Shown here: in pieces, positions 62,415 through 64,000 of the stretch | Layout of the letters: every line of letters starts with the position of its first letter | Position numbering within the stretch: the stretch's first letter is position 1 | DNA from: the human T2T-CHM13v2.0 reference genome, Homo sapiens | Direction: 5' to 3' (one strand) | Assembly (NCBI RefSeq): GCF_009914755.1 | Contig: NC_060938.1 | DNA length: 64,000 bases | Notes under the pieces: model-generated | Database searches by the model: none | What the model was told of the DNA's origin: nothing | What the model saw: only the letters and a program-made list of their open reading frames with translations | Position numbers and translations under genes: made by a program

Positions 62415-63884
62415 TTAACAATTAGTAACGATTAGCAACATAGGGGAAAATACTACTTGAAACAATATTTCCTCTCTTATACTAAAATAATTACCTGCTG
62501 AGCAAAAAGTTAAATAAAAACACAAAATCATAGAAAAACTAGAAGAGAACAGAGTGAATCCTTATTAAATCTCTGGTGACAAGATGACTTAGAAACAAGA
62601 GGTCATAAATCTGCAGTGATGGAAGAAATCAAATGAAAAAGACTCATTAGCATGACCATGTAGGCACTACTGGTTGACTTGCCAAGGAATCATATAATAG
62701 TCTCTTTAATTCAGCATAGTTACAGTAGATTTATTTATAATAATTATATATTCTAGGTCACAGAAATCTAATTATGCTTAATAACTCCAGGTATATAGAA
62801 CAGAATTACTAACATTCAAGGAGAGATTCCCCAGGCAGTTTTAGATTCCAGACAAGCAGGTAACCAGGCCTATGTTCTATTATGAAAATTAAGAAAGTTA
62901 ACATGTATTTACTCCTTCTCAGAAAAAAAAAAAGAAATTCTCCTCTTCATTTTTTTAAACCAGAAGGATGCACCGGGACAGTAGGAGTGTTTGATAGCAG
63001 GGCTAAAGCCTTGCTCAAGAAATAGCTTAGGATCTGTTCATGAACCCACAGAGCTACAGTTAACACGTGAAGGATCCTTTATTTCTTTTCCAGGCAGCTG
63101 AGCTCTATGGCTGCTGCAAAACATCTGCTTTAGAAGCAGCAACGCCTCCTGCCAGGAAGATGTTGCTTGAACAAAATAGATACAAACTATGCACAATTAT
63201 TATCTGTCCATTAAAAGAAATAAATTTATTTTTAAAAGCTTTATAAAAAATAAAGGTATGTTTACAAAATGGAGCCTTTATGTAGTAAAGGACGAGAGAG
63301 CTAGAAAATGGGATTATTTTATGCCATCTACCTCCATACTTAGTTGGCCAAGGATACTCTCCTCAACATACTTTTTCTCCAGCCATTTCTAAGAATGCGT
63401 CACCGTCTTTCACGTCAATCCCTCCTTCTGTTTTGCATACATACTTCTCAGGCAGCCAGGTTCCACCTGATCCACACCTCAGCTCAGTGTCGCCTATTCT
63501 GGGATATGCCTACCCCCACCTGCAAAAGACTGCCCTCTTCTCTTTTCCATAGCGTCCTGGACACTTCTGTCATAAAATGTATCACTGAATATTGCCACCC
63601 CTTAATTGTTTATCTGTTCACACATAACATTACACACTGCAAGACCACAACTTCTCTAACTGTGCAGGCACATATTAAAGTGATTAATTCTCGTAGTTAA
63701 ACATGTTGCTTCCCTGCAGTTCTAAGGCTCTACATTTTATTGAAGTCCTAATAATCTGTAAATAAAGTATTTCAAGTTCAAAAGTAAATTCCATCAGAAT
63801 AATATCTTGGATCACAGTTTACAAAGTGTCTAGCAGTGCTTTCCAGAGATGTTTTTGCTAGTACCTTTCTATTCTAAGCGCAAT

Positions 63885-64000
63885 ATAGTGTCAGTAGTGA
63901 TAAAATGCATGGACTGAGTGCCAGGGAAGACCTGGACTCTGATCCTGGTCACAGCAAATGCATGACCTGGGGGAAGTTACTTCACCTCTCTGAACCTCAG
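63885..64000 (+). mobile_element. MIR
   Basis: gacctggactctgatcctgg...tgacctgggggaagttacttcacctctctgaacctcag. Confidence 0.75.

Overview
Primate (human-like) genomic DNA lying entirely inside the PRKD1 gene (protein kinase D1/PKC-mu), transcribed on the minus strand. Eleven constitutive coding exons were read by hand with GT-AG boundaries and consistent phases. They correspond to exons 3-13 of the 912-aa isoform as recalled, total 1502 nt, and cover C1a, C1b, the acidic region, the PH domain and the kinase N-lobe. A 24-nt microexon (SPVSPGFE) missed by the ORF track lies at 46512-46535. The introns are filled with Alu, L1, MIR, L2 and hAT DNA transposons. They also hold a sense-oriented, internally deleted class I ERV provirus (two LTRs, ATAG TSD, tRNA-Phe PBS) whose gag/env remnants show heavy G-to-A change consistent with APOBEC3 editing. 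Other points of note: a probable L1 3' transduction of an MLT1 fragment into an AluJ, a fold-back inverted duplication about 60 nt from the exon 3 donor, an antisense Alu with upgraded splice sites, and several local duplications. There is no prokaryotic or CRISPR-type system. Repeat subfamily names are by-eye calls, and repeat boundaries are approximate unless TSDs are given.
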